From positions 1,600,001 to 1,664,000 of the forward strand of contig CAVTRN010000001.1 of NCBI GenBank assembly GCA_963737155.1: DNA of 64,000 nt, written 5' to 3'. This document shows, in pieces, positions 1 through 8,494 of the stretch. Within the stretch, counting starts at the first letter, position 1; the number at the start of each line of letters is the position of its first letter. A program made the translations under genes and the position numbers. Origin of the DNA: Nitrospirota bacterium. Lineage in GTDB: Bacteria; Nitrospirota; UBA9217. The notes beneath the pieces were generated by a model, which did no database searches, was not told the origin of the DNA, and was given only the letters and a program-made list of their open reading frames with translations.

Positions 1-346
1 TGGCGGTATCCTGTATTCCCACACCTTTGTCGGACCTGTAATCCGCATACGAAAAACTCTCGAGTGTATGGCAGAAGGCGATACGTGCATTTCTCTCCGT
101 CTCCGGGATTCCGACGATCCCATGCTCAAGGACCTCGTAGAAGTCATTATGGTAGTGTGTGAAAACAACCGGGCTTCTCAATCGCTGATAGGGGACACGT
201 CGCGGGAACTTTTTAGCGAGATCACTGCGCTTCAGAACAGCATTCATCGCGGTGCGGACAAGACGGAACTTCAAAAGCACTTTGATGAGATAAGCACAAA
301 GCAGGGTATCCTGGAACAGGCTATCAAAACATTCGGGAAACCGTAG
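1..346 (+). CDS. 5'-truncated membrane-associated HAMP-like/coiled-coil protein
   Basis: Frame is open from base 2 (GGILYSHTFVGPVIRIRKTLECMAEGD..LRLRDSDD), resembling the end of a TM helix followed by a HAMP segment; start lies outside the window. Confidence 0.5.
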   Translation, partial: GGILYSHTFVGPVIRIRKTLECMAEGDTCISLRLRDSDDPMLKDLVEVIMVVCENNRASQSLIGDTSRELFSEITALQNSIHRGADKTELQKHFDEISTKQGILEQAIKTFGKP

Positions 347-354
347 GAGCGGCA

Positions 355-636
355 ATGGCGGAAAGCGGCTTTAAAGGAAAAAGCATGAAAATGCTTGCCG
401 AGGACGTCGCTGAGGGCTTCATCACGGTAAACCCGCTTTTTCTGAAAAAATTTGACAAGGATATGATCAAAAACCTTTTCGAGAACCTGAACAGGACGCT
501 TACAGGCATCAGGAACGAGAAACTTGAATTTGGGAATCAATCGGCTTTGAGAATCCGGAACATGAAGCTCCAGCGTATGCACAATGCCGTGATTATCATC
601 AGGAATATCGCACGGGAGAAACGAATCCCGTTATAG
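355..636 (+). CDS. hypothetical protein (93 aa)
   Basis: AGGAG RBS at the end of the upstream gene, ATG start, protein-like composition. Confidence 0.7.
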   Translation: MAESGFKGKSMKMLAEDVAEGFITVNPLFLKKFDKDMIKNLFENLNRTLTGIRNEKLEFGNQSALRIRNMKLQRMHNAVIIIRNIAREKRIPL

Positions 637-646
637 TCGCAGTAAT

Positions 647-684
647 AAAAAAAAGTCCGAGGCGGTCACATTTCGTCTCGGATT
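647..684 (-). terminator. intrinsic terminator for pfp
   Basis: Hairpin AGTCCGAGGCG...CGTCTCGGATT next to an A-tract (U-tract on the minus strand) between convergent genes. Confidence 0.55.
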
Positions 685-708
685 CAGCACGCGTGCCTCT
701 CACAACAA

Positions 709-1944
709 TTATTCGACCGCAGCCGAATACCGTTTCACAAAATCCTCCGTTGTCATTTTCGCCGTCGTGGCAAGCTTCTTTAGCGTTTCTCCCTCCATAT
801 CTTCCTTTTCCAGCCTGAGCATATAGCGCCGAGCCATGTGATAATCGTCGGAATTGATGTCTATAGTGCGTATTCTCGTCTTACCTGTCTTGGGGTCGAG
901 AAGGTTCGCGAACTCGATCGGTAGACACACCCCGTCCTTGAGCATTATCATTGCTCCGGAGCCGCCCGAGACGAGAAATTTCACGGCGCTGTAACCGAGG
1001 TAGCGCGTATATTCCCGGTCGAAGGAAATGGGTGGATGACAGCGTAACTCGTAGCCGATGTCCTTGGCAATGACCGTGGTCTTGAGGCCCAGGGACTCGA
1101 GACCTGCCATCACCCGCTGCTTGAGTATGTCGCCCAACGGGATCTCCGCCAAGCGGATGTTTCCATGGTCGTCCTTGGGTGCATCCTTGAGAAAGGTCAG
1201 TTCCTCGGCATCGAACCGCGTTGCAACACCTTCGGCTATGACTGCGACCCCATGGTTTCTGCCGTATGAGAGACGCTTGATAATCGCTCCTTCGAGGATG
1301 GCAATGACCTTGTTCAGCGATATTTTGTTCCCGAGTTCTTCGGGGATGAGCGTGAGGGTAGCGCCAGCGCCCATACCCATGCCGAGCGCCAAATGACCGG
1401 CCGATCGGCCCATGGCGATCACGAAGTACCATCTGCTCGCAGTGCGGGCGTCCTCCATGAGGTTTTCAACGAGCTGGGTGCCGAGGGAACGTGCGGTTTC
1501 AAAACCGAAGGTTGGGACGCCATGTGGAAGCGGCAGATCGTTGTCTATGGTTTTAGGTACGTGGCAGACGGCGATCCGGCCCTGCGCTTCCTGCTCTACT
1601 CGAGTGGACGTATAAGCGGTGTCGTCGCCGCCTATGGTGACGAGGTATTTTACTCCGAGACTCGTCAGAGCCTTGATCACATTTCCCATCTTTTCAGGGC
1701 TCTTGGTTGGATTGTCGCGGGATGTTCCGATGATCGACCCCCCACGGAGATGAATGCGTGAAATTTCGCCATTATTCAGTATGGTGGTATGGGAGATGTC
1801 GCCCTTGGAAAGCCATTTGAATCCATCGTGGACACCGATGACTCCAAGGCCCTGCTTGACTGCCTCGAAGGTTACTGCGCTGATAACCCCGTTGATTCCC
1901 GGCGCTGGCCCACCGCCAACCACTACTGCAAGCTTGCCTTCCAT
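709..1944 (-). CDS. pfp: pyrophosphate-dependent 6-phosphofructokinase
   Basis: GGGPAPG, GGDDT (Asp indicates PPi type), PKTIDND, MGRSAG and GYELR motifs. Confidence 0.9.
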   Translation of the reverse strand: MEGKLAVVVGGGPAPGINGVISAVTFEAVKQGLGVIGVHDGFKWLSKGDISHTTILNNGEISRIHLRGGSIIGTSRDNPTKSPEKMGNVIKALTSLGVKYLVTIGGDDTAYTSTRVEQEAQGRIAVCHVPKTIDNDLPLPHGVPTFGFETARSLGTQLVENLMEDARTASRWYFVIAMGRSAGHLALGMGMGAGATLTLIPEELGNKISLNKVIAILEGAIIKRLSYGRNHGVAVIAEGVATRFDAEELTFLKDAPKDDHGNIRLAEIPLGDILKQRVMAGLESLGLKTTVIAKDIGYELRCHPPISFDREYTRYLGYSAVKFLVSGGSGAMIMLKDGVCLPIEFANLLDPKTGKTRIRTIDINSDDYHMARRYMLRLEKEDMEGETLKKLATTAKMTTEDFVKRYSAAVE

Positions 1945-2453
1945 AGCTGCCTCCTGCTAGATTGAGACTTTCCTGACCGCGATACAGGCGTGATATTCAC
2001 GCATCACGCAAATGTAGCAAATCGTGACATGCTTGTCAATACGAAAGGCCTCACCAGCCTCACCAGAAGATCGCAAAATAACCATACATTTTGCTCTTTC
2101 GGAATGGGGCTCGCTACGGCCCGTTCCGAGATAAAAAATTTTCATCATGTACTTCTATGTTATAATTATCATAAAGGAGAAAACCTATAATTTATTCGAT
2201 ATGTCGTATCGACCAAACCGGTAAGAGTCACCCATTCTGAAGAAGAAATCGAAAAAATTGAGAAGAAGCCCTTTTCGGTCCCCGACGGTGGTGGGGTCGC
2301 AAAGTGTCGGCTTCACTATGAATTAAAGAAGTCCAGCGTAAGCGGCAAGGGCCGACTGGAAACCAGAGCTTTTTTTGAGAATGTCTTAATCGAACTCAGC
2401 GAAAAAGATAAGGCTGGCATCCCCCTGTGAGATGTCGATGGGTCTGCACATAC

Positions 2454-2587
2454 TTGAACTTGCAATTGCCAGTCGCTTGCTACACGGTCACCGCATAGAG
2501 GGGAGAGTTTGAGAAATCGCAGGTTTTCAAAAGATTATCGTCCTCTTTTCTATAGATACCCCGCAGCTTGCTGCGGGGAGGTTCATT
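2454..2587. mobile_element. short palindrome-ended element (PATE/MITE-like, IS200/IS605-related), copy 1
   Basis: CCCCGCAGCTTGCTGCGGGG hairpin near the right end, degenerate left hairpin; interior similar to 16734-16859. Confidence 0.55.
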
Positions 2588-2636
2588 CTGGGCTGTACAG
2601 TCGCCGCATTTAAATGAGCCGTTACGACCGATAAAC

Positions 2637-3845
2637 ATGGCAATAGACAAGACTATATTCGGCCTTCGCTTCGGAGCGGATGATGTACTCTGCCCCTCAC
2701 AGGAGGATCTCAGGGTTTTTCTTGAGAGCCCGAAAGAGGAGAAGAGCATGGAGCTGAATGGCGAAGATCTGACGGTATATAACGAGATGCTGGCAAGCGT
2801 TAAAGCGTTCGGTCAGTATGATGCACGCGGCACTGTTGCTGAAAGGCTCCAACGGAAGCTGTTCTTCGGTGCCCTGGAGCATGTTTCTTTTTTCAACCCG
2901 GCGTTCAAATCGGTGATCGCACAGTACAAATATCACCTCTATGCACTTAAAGCGATTGACTTTAAGAAACCGAAGGGATTCATCAAGTCTGCTGAGGAAG
3001 AGATCAGGAGGCTCAATCCGAAAAAAAAAGATGAAGCGACAAGACGAGCCAGACTGCAGGTAATGGTAGAGGAACGGAAAAACACGCTTGAGGTGCTCGA
3101 GAAACGCTGGGTGGCATTGGCAAAAGAGCTGAATAACATCGCACTCTATGTCATGGAAAATCTGGCAAAGATAGAGAAGCTCTCGGGGATATCGGTCAGC
3201 ATACTCGAGGATCCTCAATTGGCCATAAGCGAGGACAGACGTATTATCGACGAAATAAAGGCTCAGTTCAAGGAGATTCTGAAGGATTTCCTGCCTCGGC
3301 ACCAGGTTGCCAAGCACGACCTCGAAGACGCAAAAAGAGTGGTTGGCATCCTCTCCAGAGAAATATCGGAATTCGTTAGGGATGATTTGAAAGCGCTGAC
3401 CGAGCTGTACAAATCCATTTACAGCCACGCTCGTAATCCTGTCCACGCTCTCGACAAATTAACGATGAAGACCGAGGATAATGAGGATAAAAGCCTTGAG
3501 GATTACCGCAAACTCTTCGTGCAAATCGAAGGAGTGTTAGTCTCGGTCGTTTCAGAGTATAGTTTTGAGATCAAAATAAAGGAATCTTACAGCGAAACAG
3601 TGTACCGGGATATCCTTGACGAAAAAAGAAAAGAAATGATCGATCGTGTCCTGGAACTGCTGTTCAAAGAGAACAGGCTATGGGATGATCGAAGATATGC
3701 AGAGAGAAGAAAAATTAGGGACCCCGGTTACAAGGGTCCCGAGCGGAGAAATGGGCAAGACAGAAGAGCGGGAAAAAGACGAGGCGGAGGGTTGGGCTGC
3801 ATGAGACGACCGCATATAAGTGATCCGTTTCGACCGTTATCATGA
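2637..3845 (+). CDS. hypothetical helical/coiled-coil protein with DRR/ERR-repeat tail
   Basis: Likely start MAIDKTIFG (ATG 2637; the upstream in-frame TTG lies inside the repeat element); C-terminus DDRR..ERR..ERR..DRR. Confidence 0.7.
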   Translation: MAIDKTIFGLRFGADDVLCPSQEDLRVFLESPKEEKSMELNGEDLTVYNEMLASVKAFGQYDARGTVAERLQRKLFFGALEHVSFFNPAFKSVIAQYKYHLYALKAIDFKKPKGFIKSAEEEIRRLNPKKKDEATRRARLQVMVEERKNTLEVLEKRWVALAKELNNIALYVMENLAKIEKLSGISVSILEDPQLAISEDRRIIDEIKAQFKEILKDFLPRHQVAKHDLEDAKRVVGILSREISEFVRDDLKALTELYKSIYSHARNPVHALDKLTMKTEDNEDKSLEDYRKLFVQIEGVLVSVVSEYSFEIKIKESYSETVYRDILDEKRKEMIDRVLELLFKENRLWDDRRYAERRKIRDPGYKGPERRNGQDRRAGKRRGGGLGCMRRPHISDPFRPLS

Positions 3846-4012
3846 CGATAGACAAGATGATATTCGGCTTTCGTTTCGCAACGAACGATGAACTCTTCCC
3901 GAATCAGGACGATCTCAGGATTTTTTTCGAGAGTCCGAAAGATGAGAATGGCATGGCGCTGCTCGGCGAAGATCTGACGGTGAATGGCGGAATGCTCGAT
4001 ATTCCGCAATAA
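3842..4012 (+). pseudogene. truncated tandem paralog of the 2637-3845 N-terminus (56 aa)
   Basis: MTIDKMIFGFRFATNDELFPNQDDLRIFFESPKDENGMALLGEDLTV aligns with MAIDKTIFGLRFGADDVLCPSQEDLRVFLESPKEEKSMELNGEDLTV; ATGA overlap. Confidence 0.65.
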
Positions 4013-4131
4013 AACGCAAGGGCAAAATTCGATTGACACGCTGTCTGCAACACGCTATTATTTTAATTGTTCATGGACTGTGAACCGGATTCTTCGGGAT
4101 CATTCCACGAACGATTACAAAGGAGATAAGC

Positions 4132-4608
4132 ATGCATAAGTATTCGATCGATGAAATCATGGAAATGGCGATTCAGACGGAGATTCTCGGTTATCAGTTC
4201 TACACCGGAATGGCGGAGAAATTTAAGATAGACGACCGGTTGGTCAAGCTCTTCAGCATGCTGGCGACCAAGGAAAAGACGCATGAAAAGATCTTCAAGG
4301 GGCTGAAGGAGTCGGTGGCAAAGACCGGCATAGAGCCGGTGCAGTGGGAAGAGGTCAGCAACTACATGCGGGCCTTTGTGGAATCGGAGTTTTTCCTCGG
4401 CACAGCCAAAGCCCTCCCGTCTATGGACCACATCAAGACCGTGCAGGATGCGGTGAAATTCGCGATCGGGTTCGAGAAGGAGACGCTTCTCTACTTTATG
4501 GAGCTGAAGGCCATTGTGAAAGAGAAAGGGGCTGTCGAGGAAGTCATCAACGAGGAAAAAAGCCATATAACGTGGCTTGATACATTTAAGAGGGGCCTTG
4601 CCAGGTAA
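4132..4608 (+). CDS. ferritin-like (rubrerythrin family) di-iron protein
   Basis: Duplicated E..G..FY / ExxH pattern (EKTH, EKSH); AGGAG RBS. Confidence 0.85.
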   Translation: MHKYSIDEIMEMAIQTEILGYQFYTGMAEKFKIDDRLVKLFSMLATKEKTHEKIFKGLKESVAKTGIEPVQWEEVSNYMRAFVESEFFLGTAKALPSMDHIKTVQDAVKFAIGFEKETLLYFMELKAIVKEKGAVEEVINEEKSHITWLDTFKRGLAR

Positions 4609-4699
4609 GCGCAGACGCTTCGAAAACGGGCATAGAAAATGCGCGATGCATGAATGACGAACGAAGACTTCCCACATCGTGCATCGCTATTTCAACCAG

Positions 4700-5431
4700 T
4701 CACTCCTCAAGCATTTCGCCCACTGTCACGAGAGTAAATCCTTTTTCGCGCAAACCCTTGATGATTGCCGGCAAAGCCTCTGCCGTGTGTATGCCTTTTT
4801 TGTTTACATGAAAGACGATGATACTCCCTCCTTTTGCATTCCGAAGCACGCTCCGCACGATCCGCTCCGTTGAAAGGCCCGGATCGGGGTCGCCCGATGC
4901 GATGTCATATTGTATCGTCACAAGCCCAGCCTCTTTTGCAAGTTTTGCTATCCGTTCATCAACCTCGCCGTAAGGCGGCCGGAAATAACGGGGTGTCTTG
5001 CCCGTGACTTTTTTAATGATTAATTGTGTACTCTTCATTTCTCGGAGCACCCGTGCGTCATCTTTCTCAAGCAGGTGGGGGTGCCAGTAGCTGTGGGCCG
5101 CAATCTCGAATTCCTCATGGTCCGCCAGGTACTTTGTTTTCTCCGGATTTTTCTCTACCCATCGTCCGCTTAGGAAGAACGTGGCGGGAGTTTTCTCACG
5201 CAGAAGGACTTCGACGACCTTTCCGTCATATTCATCAGGCAAGCTCGTAGGACATGCATCGAATGTTAGCGCAATCCGCTTGTCCCTTTTGCCGTGTTCG
5301 ATGATTAGACTTTCCCGTGCGGCATGCACCAGCGCCGGTAATCCCAGAAGATAAATAACAGCGGTAACGAGAAAAACGGGGACGATCAGGCGCTTACGGG
5401 CGTTTGCTGCGGTTAAAAGGTGCATCAGCAT
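4700..5431 (-). CDS. polysaccharide deacetylase (NodB/CE4 family), membrane anchored
   Basis: ALTFD, HSYWHP, FRPPYG and IIVFH motifs; N-terminal hydrophobic helix. Confidence 0.85.
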   Translation of the reverse strand: MLMHLLTAANARKRLIVPVFLVTAVIYLLGLPALVHAARESLIIEHGKRDKRIALTFDACPTSLPDEYDGKVVEVLLREKTPATFFLSGRWVEKNPEKTKYLADHEEFEIAAHSYWHPHLLEKDDARVLREMKSTQLIIKKVTGKTPRYFRPPYGEVDERIAKLAKEAGLVTIQYDIASGDPDPGLSTERIVRSVLRNAKGGSIIVFHVNKKGIHTAEALPAIIKGLREKGFTLVTVGEMLEE

Positions 5432-5482
5432 ATTGTATCCTCGATTCCGTATTTTTCAGCTTCTCAATTGCATCCGACGCCG

Positions 5483-7474
5483 TTAAACTCGGATGGGTAG
5501 GATGACGACAGGAATTCCCTGATTATAGAATCTTCTCTGTACAGCGAAAATCGTATAGTTGTGGAATAAGCCCGAAAGTACGTTGGTCCTGGGGAATACC
5601 AACTGGCCGCCGAAGAAGACGGCATTCGGGAAGCGTTCAAGAATCTGCGGGGTGAGGCTGGCGATTTCATCAACAACATCATTGCCGAACGAGGCATAGG
5701 AGGCGGAATAATATCCGTGACACCGCATATAGTGCACGTAGCGGTCCAGCTCTTTTTTAACGTCGTTTTTCATATGAGACACTTCTTCGGCGCCCTTGAA
5801 ATTTCCGGCATCCACAACGCCGATCTGGATGAAAACGAAATTCTTAAAGGTTCCTCCAAAGAGACGTATGATGCTGAAGAGCGTATGAAGTCCCAGTCCG
5901 TTAAAGCCGTTGACGAGCAGGATCGCAGTCTTGTCCTGGGGATCGTACTTTATCTTAAGGTCCTTTTCCGCGTCGCCGGGCAGCGAGGGGCAGGAAGTTT
6001 CCGCCGCCTTCACCAGTTCATCAAGCCGCTTGAGGATGTGGAAGGTGTTTTGATAGTGGCGCCGTGTTAGTAGCGCGATGCCGATCAGCGACCCCGTCAA
6101 GATCAGGGTGATCCATCCTCCCTCATGGAATTTGATGATAGTCACAGTGACGAGGATGAAGAAGGTGAGCGTCATGCCCAAGCCGTTGATGAACAGTTTC
6201 TTTTCCCAGTGGTCCTCCTGTTCGCGAACCTGCCACCAATGGCGCACCATGCCGAGCTGGGACAGGAAGAAGGTGATGAATACATTGATACTGTACAGGA
6301 CGACGAGGTACGTTACCGAACCGCCCGTGAGCAGCATGGTAGTGAGCGCCGCCCCACCCATCATCATGATGCCTTTCTGTGTCACCAGTCGATCACTCAG
6401 CATGGCAAATTTGGACGGGAACCAGCGATCGAGCGCCATGTTCGCCAATACCCGCGGTCCGTCGAGAAAACCCGTCTGTGCTGCGATGAACAGAAGTGCG
6501 GTCTCGGACAAGAGTGTAAAAAGAACGAACACGGTTCCTGACTGGCCCCAGTTTCTGGTCATGGTCTCGAACAACACCGCGTTTAGCGTTTTCCCGGACT
6601 GGGGAACGACGTGATAGAGCAGGTAGGCCATCATCAGCCCCATGACGACCAGTGAAAGAGATATGGCCATGTAGCGCATGGTGCGCTTGCCGGTCTGCAC
6701 CTTTGGTTCCCGCAGAATCGGCAGACCGTTGCTTACGGCCTCGATCCCAGTATACGTGCCGGCCCCCAAGCTGTAGGCGCGTAGAATGAGTACAGCCATG
6801 CCGGCGAATCCGAGTTCCGCCTGTGTCCTCATTACATCGGCCTTCGTTGCCGCGGCCACCTGGCCGAAGCTCCCGAGGTTCGCGAAAATCGCATAACCGA
6901 TGATGAAGGCGTGGGTGATCACAAAGGTTAAAAATATAGGGACGAGGGGAAGGACGGATTCCTCCCCGCGCATGTTCATGATAGTGAGGAGCAGAACGCC
7001 TGCGAACGCAAAGGGGAGTTTGTAATGGAGCCATGCAGGAGGCAGAAAACTGAACAAAGCATCGGCGCCGCTGGCTACGGAAATCGTGATGGTGAGAACA
7101 TAATCGATCAGGAGAGCTGAACCGGAGACCATGCCGGCTGTAGGAGAGAGCAGTTTGCTCGCCACCAGATAACCGCCGCCTCCCGACGGAAAAAGCTCGA
7201 TGATCTGTGAGTAACTTGTCGCAATGATGAACACTGTAAGGCCCGTCATGATCGCAACGAAGACGCTGAGATACATATGGCCGTGGACCGCGTTAAATGC
7301 CTCCTCAGGGCCGTAGCAGGATGATGACAACCCGTCGGCACCCAGCCCGACCCAGGCAAAGAAGGCTATGAGTGAGAGCTTGTGAAACAGCGAGCGGTCA
7401 TCGATATTATGTTTGCCACCAATGATAACGGTTTTTAAACGTTGCAAGAGGGAAAGTTTCGGTGTTCGTTCCAT
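5483..7474 (-). CDS. APC-superfamily permease, KimA/YdaO-like (probable K+/H+ symporter)
   Basis: ADGLSSSCYGPEE, GGGGY, LLIDYVLT and TGIEAVSN motifs; ~12 TM helices plus cytoplasmic C-domain; immediately downstream of kdpE. Confidence 0.8.
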   Translation of the reverse strand: MERTPKLSLLQRLKTVIIGGKHNIDDRSLFHKLSLIAFFAWVGLGADGLSSSCYGPEEAFNAVHGHMYLSVFVAIMTGLTVFIIATSYSQIIELFPSGGGGYLVASKLLSPTAGMVSGSALLIDYVLTITISVASGADALFSFLPPAWLHYKLPFAFAGVLLLTIMNMRGEESVLPLVPIFLTFVITHAFIIGYAIFANLGSFGQVAAATKADVMRTQAELGFAGMAVLILRAYSLGAGTYTGIEAVSNGLPILREPKVQTGKRTMRYMAISLSLVVMGLMMAYLLYHVVPQSGKTLNAVLFETMTRNWGQSGTVFVLFTLLSETALLFIAAQTGFLDGPRVLANMALDRWFPSKFAMLSDRLVTQKGIMMMGGAALTTMLLTGGSVTYLVVLYSINVFITFFLSQLGMVRHWWQVREQEDHWEKKLFINGLGMTLTFFILVTVTIIKFHEGGWITLILTGSLIGIALLTRRHYQNTFHILKRLDELVKAAETSCPSLPGDAEKDLKIKYDPQDKTAILLVNGFNGLGLHTLFSIIRLFGGTFKNFVFIQIGVVDAGNFKGAEEVSHMKNDVKKELDRYVHYMRCHGYYSASYASFGNDVVDEIASLTPQILERFPNAVFFGGQLVFPRTNVLSGLFHNYTIFAVQRRFYNQGIPVVILPIRV

Positions 7475-7725
7475 GAAATAATACTCCGTCCTTTTCAAAG
7501 TCGCGATTCATGCGGCATCTAAAATGTGTGTACCGCGGACAATTGTCAAGTGTGAAGCAAGGTCAATACCATTATGAGGCATAGGGCAGCCGAAGATGAA
7601 AGCATTGATTCTCTTTCAAAACATTTACGCGACTTTTCCAGCTCGGGTTGAAGAAATAATGCAACATCGATGCTTTTTTTGTGCACTTGCCCAGGAAGTG
7701 CGCAGCTTTGAGCTTAACCGACGGC

Positions 7726-8433
7726 TTAATCCTGGGGGTCGTATTTTAGTCGGTATCCGATTCCCGGCTCGTTCATCAAGAATCGGGGTCTTGCCGGATC
7801 AGCCTCCAGTTTGTGTCTGAGCTGGGTCATATAGACGCGCAGATACTGAATTTCATTGACGTGCGCGGGCCCCCATACTTCCTTCAGGAGTTGATTATGT
7901 GTAATCACCTTGCCGGCATAGCGAACCATGACTATGAGCAGCTTGTATTCAATCGGAGTCAGGTGAACTTCTTGTTCTCCGACGAATACCTGGCGTCTGG
8001 CTAGGTCCACGCGCAAATTATCGAGAATGAAGATTTGATCCTGCTGGTCTGTGTTGCGTCGCGCCGCATGTCTCAGGGCTACGCGGATGCGAGCCAGGAG
8101 TTCTCCAGCGTTAAATGGCTTAGTAAGATAATCGTCGGCGCCGGCATCGAGAGCACGGATTTTATCCTGCTCCTGCTCCCGTGCGGAAATAATGATGATC
8201 GGTGTCTGCGTCCATTCGCGCAGACGCTTTGTGACATCGATGCCGTCGAGATCGGGCAGGCCCAGATCAAGCAAGAGTACATCGGGATTTCGCATAGCTG
8301 CCTGCTTCAAACCGTCGTTGCCCGTCTCCGACTCGACCAGGCGGTAGCCCTGGCTCTGCAGCGTTATCCGCAGAAATCGCCGCATCTGCGGCTCGTCTTC
8401 GATGAGTAATATGAGTTCCTTGTCTTCATTCAT
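7726..8433 (-). CDS. kdpE: OmpR-family response regulator KdpE
   Basis: Probable start MNEDKELILLIEDE; LDLGLPD, GADDYLTKPF, YLRVYMTQLRHKLEADPARP; follows kdpD. Confidence 0.92.
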   Translation of the reverse strand: MNEDKELILLIEDEPQMRRFLRITLQSQGYRLVESETGNDGLKQAAMRNPDVLLLDLGLPDLDGIDVTKRLREWTQTPIIIISAREQEQDKIRALDAGADDYLTKPFNAGELLARIRVALRHAARRNTDQQDQIFILDNLRVDLARRQVFVGEQEVHLTPIEYKLLIVMVRYAGKVITHNQLLKEVWGPAHVNEIQYLRVYMTQLRHKLEADPARPRFLMNEPGIGYRLKYDPQD

Positions 8434-8494
8434 GGCATGTTTGAAAAAATGTTCAAGCCGTTGATACAGTTTCACGGCTGAACCGTTTGAACTG

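Noticed and set aside
2190-2430. ~79-codon open frame (FIRYVVSTKP...AGIPL*) behind an AAGGAG
   Set aside because: No start codon and no recognisable family; at most a relic
2568-2636. Upstream TTG start for the 425-aa ORF
   Set aside because: Lies in the palindromic element; the duplicated copy supports ATG 2637
7475-7725. c-di-AMP (ydaO) riboswitch upstream of the KimA-like gene
   Set aside because: Consensus segments not recognised by eye; an Infernal search with RF00379 would be decisive
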